This document shows, in pieces, positions 54,468 through 63,799 of a stretch of DNA of 63,799 bases. How positions within the stretch are numbered: position 1 is the stretch's first letter; each line of letters opens with the position of its first letter. The DNA is taken from positions 1-63,799 of IMG/VR virus record IMGVR_UViG_3300042460_000659; one strand, given 5' to 3'. The notes beneath the pieces were generated by a model. That model was not told the DNA's origin and did not search any database. It was given only the letters and a program-made list of their open reading frames with translations. The stretch comes from a virus (lineage: Duplodnaviria; Caudoviricetes). The position numbers and the translations under genes are program-made.

Positions 54468-56786
54468 TTATCCGGCGTCCCGGTCGTGGCGCTTAGCATA
54501 CATCGAAGTCAGCGAAAGCGCACGATCAATGTTCTTGCCCTTTTTGACCTTGCCGCCAGCCCTGAGGCCGTAGTCTTTCTGGCGCTCTGTACCGGTCATG
54601 ACGCTATCCAGCATGCGCTGGTTGATCGGCTGGGTCTGCTTCTGCTCTTCGAACATCTTGCGTACCGTGGATCGTCCAGATGGCTGGTCGGAGTATGGGT
54701 GAACGATCAGTCCCGGTTTCTTCCAGTCTGTACGGGCCGTCATCTGCTCTGTGACATCAGGCATTGCATACTGGCGCTGCACCAGAGGTACGTCGCCGAC
54801 ATACTTGCCGGGGGACGCTTCTTGATATGTCAGATGCTTGAAGGCTTTCTCTTCAGCTGGACCCTGATCAGGATCGAACTGAACCACACGGTGCCCCATC
54901 ATGTTTCCGGGGGTCTTCAGAAGGTCAGGATCAGTGATGGCGGCGCGGGTCATGCCGACATTCGGGAAGCCCTTTTTCTCCATGTTGGCCAAGTCCATCT
55001 TCTGGACGACAGCCTTTCGGTGAATGCCGGGGAGCGTCTTGGCAAACTCAGATGCTTCTTTTGGGTTCAGGATGCCCGGCCAGCCCTTCATTGCTTCCGC
55101 AAACTTTGGGCGTTCTTCTGCCTTTTTGGCGTGCATGCCAGCCTTCAACATGTCGTCGAAGTCCTTGGCGTCCGCCTTGCTGATCGCGCCAGTGTCAACC
55201 TGCGCCATCAAGGCATCAAACATGTGGTGGGCTTGGTCGGCACTCTCAGGCCCCATCGGGGTGTACATTCCGTAAACCGGACCTTTTTTAGAGGCTTCAC
55301 GGATGATGCGGTTGAACGACGATGTGTGGCCAGCGCTGTTCGCCCAGACCGCGCCGGGGTTCGGCTCAAGCATGTACTTTGGGCCAGCCTGAAGATCGAC
55401 AGCCCAGTTCAGTTTCTTGCCGTTGATGTGGGTCAGGCGGCCAAGGTTCGAACGGTCGCCGCCGACGTTGATCATGGTGCCGCCCTGAGCTTCCTTGTGG
55501 AAGTCCTCCCAAGACATTTGCTTTTGCTGCAGCGGCTTGACGCCGGGGATATCGCCGACCGTGGCCTTCACTTCATCGGGTGCCATGGGCTGGCCGTAGT
55601 TATAGTACGATGTGCTTTCGCCTTTTTTCTTACTCATGGACGGCACAAGGCCCTGCGAGATCGCAAGAGCCTTCTTGACCACCTCAGGATCGTCGCTGAA
55701 CGGCGTGGAAACCTGCTGAAGCGCCCGGATGAACTCCGGGTTTACGTCACCGAGACCGTGTCCGGGGATGCCAAGTGCCTTGATGGCGTGGGCGATGATG
55801 TGATCGCCGAATTTTCCGACCCCGAAGGTCTTCCCGCCGTTGTTGTAGCCTATCCGACCACCATCTTTGGCGTTGCGCATGGCGTCCATGAGGTCATCGT
55901 GGGGCGTGACGGTGCCTTCCGTCTTGTCCCAGACGGCGTGATGGGTCAAATGCTGCCGGAATGGCTCCATGCCGGGGTCAAGCTTGGGGTTCATTGCTGC
56001 CTGCCGGGCGGCAAGGCGGTCAACGGCGTCACCTCCTGCACGGGAAATAGCATTCGTGCGAATGCGCTTTGCCTCTTCATCTGCAGGGACGCCGGTGTTC
56101 AGTGTGATCTGGCGGGCATCCCACGTCGGCTGGTCTCCACGGCCAAGAAGCGATCCAATGAAGCCAGATTTTGCATATTTGATGCCGTGAAGCTTGGTTG
56201 CGAAGTCTCGCCACTCCTTGACGGGGCTATTCGATGACAGGCCGTTGCGGACAAGGCCGGAAACAAGCTCATGTTTTCCGGAAAGGTTCTGAACAGCCCA
56301 CGGTAGGGCCTGACCTTCGGTGTTATTGGAGTTTCCAAACGAAGACATGACGTGTTTGGCGTGGTCAACAGCCTCCTGATCGACCCGACCATCCTCTGCA
56401 GCGTCCAGATAGCGCTGACCCATCTGTGTTTTTAGCCACTCACCCATCGCGCCTTCAGGTCGAACCTTGCCGTCAGGGCTGTCGGGGACATGAAGCCCAA
56501 GATTTCTGACGATTTTGTTTGAAATTGCACCACGGTTGATGCTGGAGCGCGTAATGGCGTAGGCCTTCAGCAAATCGCGGTTGGTCAGGCCCTTCGTGGC
56601 CGCTTTTGCAGCCATTTCGTGCATGAAATCGCCATAATTGTGAATATAATCAGGTATTTCGGGCAAACCTCCAAGGTCTTCATGGACATCTTTCAGGGGA
56701 CGCCAGTCAAAACCCTTCATTTTTTCGCTTGGAGGGTCTTGGTACTGAGAAACCAAATCCATGGCGCGCTTCACGGTGTCCGACAT
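54468..56786 (-). CDS. Two-domain putative injected protein; N-terminal HhH-glycosylase-like domain (772 aa)
   Basis: LHGIKYAKSGFIGSLLGRGDQPTWDARQ...HHAVWD resembles HhH-GPD. Confidence 0.6.
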   Translation of the reverse strand: MSDTVKRAMDLVSQYQDPPSEKMKGFDWRPLKDVHEDLGGLPEIPDYIHNYGDFMHEMAAKAATKGLTNRDLLKAYAITRSSINRGAISNKIVRNLGLHVPDSPDGKVRPEGAMGEWLKTQMGQRYLDAAEDGRVDQEAVDHAKHVMSSFGNSNNTEGQALPWAVQNLSGKHELVSGLVRNGLSSNSPVKEWRDFATKLHGIKYAKSGFIGSLLGRGDQPTWDARQITLNTGVPADEEAKRIRTNAISRAGGDAVDRLAARQAAMNPKLDPGMEPFRQHLTHHAVWDKTEGTVTPHDDLMDAMRNAKDGGRIGYNNGGKTFGVGKFGDHIIAHAIKALGIPGHGLGDVNPEFIRALQQVSTPFSDDPEVVKKALAISQGLVPSMSKKKGESTSYYNYGQPMAPDEVKATVGDIPGVKPLQQKQMSWEDFHKEAQGGTMINVGGDRSNLGRLTHINGKKLNWAVDLQAGPKYMLEPNPGAVWANSAGHTSSFNRIIREASKKGPVYGMYTPMGPESADQAHHMFDALMAQVDTGAISKADAKDFDDMLKAGMHAKKAEERPKFAEAMKGWPGILNPKEASEFAKTLPGIHRKAVVQKMDLANMEKKGFPNVGMTRAAITDPDLLKTPGNMMGHRVVQFDPDQGPAEEKAFKHLTYQEASPGKYVGDVPLVQRQYAMPDVTEQMTARTDWKKPGLIVHPYSDQPSGRSTVRKMFEEQKQTQPINQRMLDSVMTGTERQKDYGLRAGGKVKKGKNIDRALSLTSMYAKRHDRDAG

Positions 56787-56790
56787 GCCA

Positions 56791-59700
56791 TCACTCCTTT
56801 AGCTTCAGCTTCATGGTAGCAGTCTTGCCATCTTTCGTGAAGCCACGCGTGATGCCGAGAGCTTTCTCGAAATCGAAGCTGTGTTTTGCGCGGACCCGCT
56901 TCATCTCGGCGACGTCTTCTGGACGGATGAAGTCCTCAGCGCCTTCGTGATGGACCCAGTCCGGCATGATGCCAACCTTCTGGGGCGCGAACACGGTGTC
57001 CTCAGTGCGGGCACCCCGGTTTGCCTCGCCATGCGGGCCATAATTCAGCCAGCTGTTCTGCCCACGGGTCTCGCTTGTCATTGCCATGCGGGCGAGAGGC
57101 GAGAACATCGAGGCATGGGCACGCCATGCGTTCTCTTCGCCGTCCGCGCGGAAGCCAACACCCTCTTTGGCGTGGCCGTAGTAGTCATGGATCGCCCGGA
57201 AGACGTCGTTCACCGTCACGGGAATGCCATTCCAGTGTTCGCCAGTGCCCTGCAGCATCGGGTTTTTCTGCACGTCTTCGTCCGTGATCTCGCCGCTGCC
57301 ATATCCGGCATAGGTCGGATAGACCCACATGTGGTGGTTGTTCCTGACGTCCTCCACAGCAAGGCGAGGCGAGGCCAGATAGGGGTCTTCCTGCTTGCTG
57401 GGATGCCAGAACTCAGCCTTGAACCCGGCGGCCTTGGCTGCCTGATATTGGGCCATGGTCTCCTTCGCCAGAGCGGCGTACGAAGCCTTCGTCAGGGGGT
57501 CGTCCGGATTATCCGTCATGGCATCATAGGCCGCAGCGATGCGCTTGGCGCGACCGGGGTCGACCTTGGCGTACTTGGCTGGTGGATTGTATGGCAGACC
57601 AGAGGTCGCCATGTACTGGCGGGCGATCTCACGGATGCGCGGGTCCGGCCCAGCCTGCAGCGATCCGCCGGTTAGCGGGATGCGGATGTTTTGGGGGAGA
57701 CCCTCGAGAGGTGTTTCACCCTGTGCCGGAAGAACGCCACCGCTTCCTCGTACTCCTCCTGAGACTGGAAGTTCTCCCGCTTGGGGGCGTGCTTGAGGTG
57801 TTCTTGTGGTATCTTGTTGACCATTTGTCGGCCCTCCATCTGCTTTTTCTACAGCCCCGCCACGCTTAAGAGCGGGTTGACCGGCAAGGATGCCCTGCCT
57901 CAGCTTGTCCGTCATCGGGATCGAGAACCCGGTGTGGCCCTCTGGCAGTTCCATACTGCCCGGCTTGATGTCCGGGTCGTGCTGCTGGGCCAGACGCATG
58001 ACGCTTTTTGGCAGGATATTGTCGTAATATCCCTTCATGCCCTCGCCGCCCATTTTGAGGTCGTCGCCTTGAACGGTGTGGGCGACGTGATTGCCATAAC
58101 TAACGTTGTAACCGGGGACGCCGGGCGCTTGCATCAATCTGCCAGACACGTCGGAACCGATGAGGGAACGAAGGTGATCCTCATCTTTGACCTGCACGGC
58201 ATCGCCCATTTGATTTCCGTTGAGGCCGTACATCAGAAGCCTAGAGCCTTCGATCTTGTCGGGACTAGGTCTGCGCAACTCGATGCGGGAAAGCTTTTTC
58301 TCCAGTCCATACCGATCCGCCTGCGCCTGTCCGGGGGTGAAGACGACGTGATCGTAGTTCCCCATGGCGGCTTCATGCATGATGTTCTTCAGCGCCAGAT
58401 CGGTCCAGTGCTGGGTGTTCTGGACGTAAGGGGCTGCGGGCTTCTTCTCGCTGGTATGGCGCGCGTGTCCGTAATCCAGACCAGCTGCCTGATCTTCCGG
58501 AATGCTACGATAGGCGTCCCACATCGCGTCTTGGCTGGGATGCTTTGAAACGGTCTCGCCGGTCTTTGTGTTGAAGATTTCGTACGGGTTCTTTGGGTCA
58601 TAGAAACCCTTATCCCTGCCCTGCTGCCCCCAGTCGGACTGCATCTCTTCTATGTGAAGGACGCGCTTGTCGAGGCCCGGCTTGTTGTAATACGGGCTTG
58701 CGCTCCACCGCATCAGGCGGGAGATGGAAGCAGCTTCCTCAGGCGAGATCACGCCCTTGTTGACGCCAAGTTCGGCAGAGCCAGCGGCCAAATCGCGGAC
58801 GCCAACACCCATGTGGTCAGCAAGCTTCTGCACAGCAGGACGCATGCTTTCCCGGTCGCCGCCCATCGTGCGGTCGCTCATACGGATGTGGGCTAGAACG
58901 TTGTCGTTGTCGCTCCAATGGCTGGATCGATAATCATTTCCCCCGCCGGTCTCCGGAAGCGTCAGCAGGCGCTCCCGATAGTTGGAACCACCCGGAAGGT
59001 TGTAGTCCTGATACTCGGTTGGCCGTGGCTCGTTGTCCTCGTTGTATTCGTTGCTCTCGTACTTGACCTGAGGCCCTTTGGTGCGGCGCATGAGAAGGTC
59101 GTACTCTGCCTGCTCTGCCTCGCTCTTGGGCTTGTTCCACATCTCATACAGGCGCTTCTCCTGCTCCTTGGAAAGGTAGCTGGGGTTCTCGCCGTACTGG
59201 TGAACCTCCATCTTCGGCAGGTTCCGGTCGAAGTGCTTGGCCATGTCCTCGCGGCTGATCTTGTCACCCTCAGGGCGACCGGCGTGCTCAAGCTCTGATG
59301 GCTTTGCCCCAAGCTTCTTCGCAGCGGCGATGTACTGGTCGACCGTGCCTTTCTCCTGCGGCAGCCCCCGGATGATCTCTGCGGCTCTGGAGTACAGCCC
59401 GTGGTCGGTGACAGTGCGGCCACCGAGTGCCCGGACAGCGCGCAGGCCGCCCATCTTCTGGTAGCCCGCAGCCTTGACGCCATCTAGGTAGGCATCGCCC
59501 TCTTGGAAGCCGTCTTGCCCCTCCATGCCCGTTTGGTAGCGCAGCATCGGAATGTACTGGGTGTCTTCATGCTCGATGATGGTGGGCTTCGCGCCCATCC
59601 GGTCGAAGCTCTGCAGCGTCATGGAACTGGGTTTCCACTTGCGCATGAACCTGCCGGTGATCCGCATCGGGTGCGCGCTGCCCTGCAGGACGTCACCCAC

Positions 59701-61710
59701 CTCGTATCCGTCGAACACGCCAGCATCGAGCGCCTTCTGGTGCGCTTCCATCATGCTGTTCACGCTGGTCTTCATGTCCCCCATCAGGCCGGTGTGGAAC
59801 GCCTGCACCTTCTTCTGTTCACGGGCCTGACCCAGATCGGCGATCTCTCCACCATCAGCCTTGGTGATGTCGGGGTCAGTCGGGTCGAACGTGCCTTGGT
59901 TGCCGATGGCGCTCTTGATCTGGTGGGGATGGAAGGCGACGTACTCTTTCGACCCATCAGGGCGGTGGGCGATGATGCCATCGAACCCGGAGTTGCGGAT
60001 GGTGTCCAGCACGTCGTTCTGACCAAACTGGTTGACCATCGTTCCGTACTTACCTTCGTGTACGAACATGTCTCGTACAGTCGCTTTTCCGCTATCCAAA
60101 GACGCGAGGAAAGCGTCACGGGCGGCCAACTCGTCGCTATCCGACAGACGGTGCTTCGTGAGGGCCTCCTTGATGTACGCCGCCCACTCGGGGTGCTTCA
60201 GGACATCGTCGTGGAACGGCTGCTTCATGCTGACGTTCAGCTTCAGCACCTGACCATGCGGCTTGGCTTCGGTCTGGTCGGCTCGGATGCCCTGAGCAAA
60301 GTCACTGGCGATCTTCGGGCTGTCAGACAGGTAGATGCCCGGCCCGTAGTTGCCGAACGCGGAAGGCTTGAAAGCGCGGAAGTCCTGCGAGGCGATGTTC
60401 TTGTCGGTGGCCTCTTGGTCGACCTCTGCCGTCCACTTCCCGTCGCCGTGGTAGGTGCTGTTCTCCACGACCTTTGGCGCGTTGCCATGGTACAGGACGT
60501 CGGGCACCAGAGGGTGGTTGCCCTGCTGGAAGGCATCCTTGCCACCGATCCCGCCCCCACCAGCATATCCATAGCGGTTCTGGGTCCAGCCCTGCGCCCA
60601 GTCGGGGATGCTGTCCCGGCTGAAGGACGGACCCCAGCCGCGCGGATCGCCGACGTCGAAGTGCATGTTGTTGTCGTAGAAGCCGACACCACGGAAGCCC
60701 GCATCCCACGCCGCATCTGCCAGCAGCAGTTTCTCTTCCTCTGGCCACCCAGTGGTGTTGAAGTCGAAGGCGTTGCCATGGAGGTGCTGGCTGTCCTTCA
60801 CGCCATTGGCCGCAGCGTTCTGCTTGGGGTCTCGGTATCCACTGACGATGCCGAAGTCCTGACCGGTCCAAGCGCCCTGCAGGGCGGCCATGGCCTTGGC
60901 CGCTGCGGCGCTGATGCCCTCACCATACCCATGCGGCTCAGCCCGCGCAGCGTGCGGCTCCGGGGCTGTGGCGGGGGGCGCGTCCTCACCAGAGATCGAC
61001 TTGGCCGTGTCGGACAGGCTGGACAGGGATGCGAGGACGTCAGCCTCCTGCTGCGGCGCTTGCCTTGGCGCTTTGGCGACAGCCAGCCGGGGTGCTCCCA
61101 TCATCATGGGTGCTGGGACGTAGCCACCGGCGGCATGCACCGCTCTGGGCACGTTCGGCATGTACTTCGACGGGGCGATCTGGCCGGGGGCGCGTTCTTG
61201 CGCCTGCTTGGCCCGGTTCTTTTCAAGAATGCCGCCCATTGAGTAACCCTTGACCTTTTCGGTTTCCGGGTCGTACCCAAACGGCATCATTCTCTCAGCA
61301 GAACTTTTTCCAACGCCAGCTGAGCGACCAACGTTTATGGCCTCACGAACAATATCGGCTTTTTGCGTCGGATCATCATAATCATTCAGACGCTTCTTCC
61401 ACATTTGCGTGGCATCAGAAGAAAGCCCAAGAGGGCTGGGCATCATCTTACGACCAATATCCCGTTCCGCAGCATCGTATAGCTTTGAGGCGATACCCAT
61501 TCGCCTAAATTGTGGATGAACCTCCACGCTTGTAGCGTATGGCGCACGGGAGGAAAGGTTCATTTCACCGACTTTTTGACCTTCATGCTCGGCAATGTAG
61601 GTATCGTTGTACTGTTTATAGATAGACAACGGACCATCCTGATGCAGAAGCTTTTTCTGCGACCCCTTAGCGGTCAGGAGGGCAGCCCGGATCGCCTTGT
61701 CATCAGTCAT
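56791..61710 (-). CDS. Large polyvalent protein (GNAT, peptidase M15, ART-like, LPD-like, zincin-like; 1639 aa)
   Basis: VHPQFRRMGIASKLY; SGYR...SQHLHGNAFD...HFD; LYHG...GPGIYLS...GFDGI...EYVAF...QIKSA; IEEMQSDW; FRAIHDYYGH. Confidence 0.8.
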   Translation of the reverse strand: MTDDKAIRAALLTAKGSQKKLLHQDGPLSIYKQYNDTYIAEHEGQKVGEMNLSSRAPYATSVEVHPQFRRMGIASKLYDAAERDIGRKMMPSPLGLSSDATQMWKKRLNDYDDPTQKADIVREAINVGRSAGVGKSSAERMMPFGYDPETEKVKGYSMGGILEKNRAKQAQERAPGQIAPSKYMPNVPRAVHAAGGYVPAPMMMGAPRLAVAKAPRQAPQQEADVLASLSSLSDTAKSISGEDAPPATAPEPHAARAEPHGYGEGISAAAAKAMAALQGAWTGQDFGIVSGYRDPKQNAAANGVKDSQHLHGNAFDFNTTGWPEEEKLLLADAAWDAGFRGVGFYDNNMHFDVGDPRGWGPSFSRDSIPDWAQGWTQNRYGYAGGGGIGGKDAFQQGNHPLVPDVLYHGNAPKVVENSTYHGDGKWTAEVDQEATDKNIASQDFRAFKPSAFGNYGPGIYLSDSPKIASDFAQGIRADQTEAKPHGQVLKLNVSMKQPFHDDVLKHPEWAAYIKEALTKHRLSDSDELAARDAFLASLDSGKATVRDMFVHEGKYGTMVNQFGQNDVLDTIRNSGFDGIIAHRPDGSKEYVAFHPHQIKSAIGNQGTFDPTDPDITKADGGEIADLGQAREQKKVQAFHTGLMGDMKTSVNSMMEAHQKALDAGVFDGYEVGDVLQGSAHPMRITGRFMRKWKPSSMTLQSFDRMGAKPTIIEHEDTQYIPMLRYQTGMEGQDGFQEGDAYLDGVKAAGYQKMGGLRAVRALGGRTVTDHGLYSRAAEIIRGLPQEKGTVDQYIAAAKKLGAKPSELEHAGRPEGDKISREDMAKHFDRNLPKMEVHQYGENPSYLSKEQEKRLYEMWNKPKSEAEQAEYDLLMRRTKGPQVKYESNEYNEDNEPRPTEYQDYNLPGGSNYRERLLTLPETGGGNDYRSSHWSDNDNVLAHIRMSDRTMGGDRESMRPAVQKLADHMGVGVRDLAAGSAELGVNKGVISPEEAASISRLMRWSASPYYNKPGLDKRVLHIEEMQSDWGQQGRDKGFYDPKNPYEIFNTKTGETVSKHPSQDAMWDAYRSIPEDQAAGLDYGHARHTSEKKPAAPYVQNTQHWTDLALKNIMHEAAMGNYDHVVFTPGQAQADRYGLEKKLSRIELRRPSPDKIEGSRLLMYGLNGNQMGDAVQVKDEDHLRSLIGSDVSGRLMQAPGVPGYNVSYGNHVAHTVQGDDLKMGGEGMKGYYDNILPKSVMRLAQQHDPDIKPGSMELPEGHTGFSIPMTDKLRQGILAGQPALKRGGAVEKADGGPTNGQQDTTRTPQARPQAGELPVSGGVRGSGGVLPAQGETPLEGLPQNIRIPLTGGSLQAGPDPRIREIARQYMATSGLPYNPPAKYAKVDPGRAKRIAAAYDAMTDNPDDPLTKASYAALAKETMAQYQAAKAAGFKAEFWHPSKQEDPYLASPRLAVEDVRNNHHMWVYPTYAGYGSGEITDEDVQKNPMLQGTGEHWNGIPVTVNDVFRAIHDYYGHAKEGVGFRADGEENAWRAHASMFSPLARMAMTSETRGQNSWLNYGPHGEANRGARTEDTVFAPQKVGIMPDWVHHEGAEDFIRPEDVAEMKRVRAKHSFDFEKALGITRGFTKDGKTATMKLKLKE

Positions 61711-63799
61711 TTGTCACGCTTCCCTTTGGCCTGAACCTGCATCGCCAGCTTCAGAATGTCGGTCTTGTGATCCTGCTGCTGCATGTCGCGCTCATGCTGC
61801 ATCCGAACGGCATCGTTCATCCGATCCCGATCCATGTCCATCTGCTTGGACTGCAGGTCTTTCTCACGGTCCAGATCGCGGTTCTCGTCGTTCATCTGGT
61901 CGCGCCGGGCAGAGATTTCCATCTGCTTGGCCTTGTTCTGCTCACCCATCAGCTTGGCCTGAAGCTCCATCGGGTGCGGGCCAGCCGGTCCAGCCAGACC
62001 CTGCGGTGCGGCGGGTTGCTGCGCCCTCGCCATGGCTGCCTGCGCCGTCATGGTCTTGGCGTCAGCTTCCTGCTTGGCAATCTTGATCTCCTCGATGCCC
62101 TTCATCATTTCCGGCGGCATCTGGTTGCGGGCGCTCTCGGGCTTCAGGAACTGCTCGGGGTTTGACCAGCCGATGGCCTTCAGGGCGGCCTTGTCCACGG
62201 CGACCTCGTCGTACAGGGCCGGGCTTGCGGCCTGCAGCTGCTTCAGGGCCATGATCTTCATGACGCGCTGGGCGTGGCTGGACGTGTTGGGGTCGGCCTG
62301 AGGCACCAGTTCCACGTCTGTCAGGGCCTGCATCAGCTTCTGCTCGTCCCACTGGACGCTGGGCTTGCGGTTGCGCTGCCAGAAGCTCTCGGGGTGTTCG
62401 CGGAAGCACTTCACCAGCAGCGTGAACTCTTCGGCCTGCGCGGAGTGCATGCGCTTGTGGACCGCGTTCAGCACCTTCATGGCCTGCTCGATCATCGCCA
62501 GCGTCGTGCCAACCGGGGCGTCGGACCGGCCCTCGCCGACCTGAAGCTCAGACGTCCCACCGACACGCATGCCCGTCGTAGCGATGTTCTCGCACAGCGC
62601 CATCAGTGCGCCAGACGGTTCCTTGTACGGCAGCGGCATGATGGCGTCGCCGATCCTCTGTCCGCCAGTCTTTACCAGTGCGGCACCACCCGGCGGTACG
62701 CGGAACACGTTGGTGTTCTGGCGCGCTCCGCTGTCCGACATCAGGAAGCCGGGGAAGTTGGCGAACATGCCAGCGTCGAGCAGTTCGCGCCATGCGGCGG
62801 TCACGGCGTTGGTCGTGTTGCCAAGGATGTGCAGCAGGCCGATGTCGTAGAAGCCCAGACCCGGAACGAATGTGTACTTGACGAACGTCGTGCGCGCTTC
62901 CGGCAGGGATGAGGTATCTTCATCGTAGTTCCGTACGATGCTCAGGATTTCGCGCGACGAGATGTCGATGGTCACTCGGTACGGGATTTCCAGACCGGAC
63001 GGCTTGCCCTTGTGCTTGTGCTCGTAGCCCTTGATGTCCAGTTCGCAATAGACCTCGTAGATTTCGCGGTCACGGTCATCCGGGTTCGAAACGGTGACCG
63101 AGATGCCCTGCTGCGACGCCTTGGCTTCCTGTGCGGCGTCGACGGTGACCTCCTTGGGCGTGGAAAGCTCCACGTCGCGATATACGCCCAGTATCTGCAG
63201 GCGCTTCACGGTCGACGGCTTCAGGGTAACCCGGTGCGTGACGCGCAGAGCGCTGGACAGGTCTGTGGCCTTGTTGTTCACGATCAGATCATCGGCATCG
63301 ACGCTGTCGGACGCGGGCCGGTTGCGCAGCGGGCAGAAGTAAATCTTCTTGAACGCGGTGCCACCGAACCCCAGCAACAGCAGCATGCGGTCTGTGTCCG
63401 GGTAGTACTCGCGCGCCGTCGAGGTGAGGTAATGGTTCATGTCCTTCTCAAGGGCATCGGCCAGCTGGTCACGCTCCAGCGTCGTGCCGTTGGCGTCATC
63501 CCTGATTTTGACCGGGCCATCGGTCGGCAGAAGCTCGGACCGGGCGTTAGCTTGGAAGCGCAGCACAGCTTCCTGCAGCAGCGGGTGCCGGACCTTGGAC
63601 ATGCCTTCGACCGGTGCGCCGTCGGACGCGCCCTGCACGCCGGGAAGCTCGATCTTGAGGCCCAGCAGCTTAATGCCCTGCGCCCTGTCGTCGATCCACT
63701 CGTTGCGGCTCTCCAGATCGTCCTGAACGCCTCGCAGCAGGTCTTCGGTGATGCTGCTCAGTTCGTCGTCATCGATGTCGTCGGCGAGGTTGTCGAACC
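61707..63799 (-). CDS. Portal protein (5' end lies in the 1316-1538 segment)
   Basis: GTAFKKIYF, PGLGFYDIGLLH, PLPYKEPS, PVGTTLAMIEQ; Q/M-rich coiled tail. Confidence 0.9.
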   Translation of the reverse strand, partial: FDNLADDIDDDELSSITEDLLRGVQDDLESRNEWIDDRAQGIKLLGLKIELPGVQGASDGAPVEGMSKVRHPLLQEAVLRFQANARSELLPTDGPVKIRDDANGTTLERDQLADALEKDMNHYLTSTAREYYPDTDRMLLLLGFGGTAFKKIYFCPLRNRPASDSVDADDLIVNNKATDLSSALRVTHRVTLKPSTVKRLQILGVYRDVELSTPKEVTVDAAQEAKASQQGISVTVSNPDDRDREIYEVYCELDIKGYEHKHKGKPSGLEIPYRVTIDISSREILSIVRNYDEDTSSLPEARTTFVKYTFVPGLGFYDIGLLHILGNTTNAVTAAWRELLDAGMFANFPGFLMSDSGARQNTNVFRVPPGGAALVKTGGQRIGDAIMPLPYKEPSGALMALCENIATTGMRVGGTSELQVGEGRSDAPVGTTLAMIEQAMKVLNAVHKRMHSAQAEEFTLLVKCFREHPESFWQRNRKPSVQWDEQKLMQALTDVELVPQADPNTSSHAQRVMKIMALKQLQAASPALYDEVAVDKAALKAIGWSNPEQFLKPESARNQMPPEMMKGIEEIKIAKQEADAKTMTAQAAMARAQQPAAPQGLAGPAGPHPMELQAKLMGEQNKAKQMEISARRDQMNDENRDLDREKDLQSKQMDMDRDRMNDAVRMQHERDMQQQDHKTDILKLAMQVQAKGKRDK
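62485..63799. repeat. Terminal direct repeat, right copy
   Basis: Colinear with 1-1315. Confidence 0.97.

Noticed and set aside
1-63799. tRNA/rRNA genes, integrase/att sites, specific host assignment
   Set aside because: None was recognisable by eye. Spanins indicate a Gram-negative host, but nothing more specific is supportable without searches.

Overview
This window is an essentially complete, GC-rich tailed-phage genome with a unit length of about 62,484 bp. Positions 1-1315 recur at 62485-63799 as a slightly diverged copy inside the portal gene. The virion genes look podovirus-like: terminases, portal, scaffold, GroES-like chaperone, major capsid, adaptor/tail-tube proteins, large ejected proteins, three paralogous tail-collar fibres, and a holin/CHAP endolysin/spanin cassette. 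Replication and recombination genes include a prim-pol, Sak4-like ATPase, SSB, YqaJ exonuclease, SF2 helicase and VRR-NUC. There is also an early region of small ORFs driven by repeated sigma70-type promoters, and an AT-rich candidate origin. I recognised no DNA polymerase, integrase, tRNA or canonical CRISPR array. The standout locus is 1557-3626 (minus strand), between terL and portal. It holds a Cas7/RAMP-like gene and a small partner gene, each followed by a non-coding array of strict GGY-NN pentamers punctuated by GGCGGTC. This is a candidate compact RNA-guided system in which the variable dinucleotides carry the target information. All protein calls are by-eye motif recognition, not database searches.
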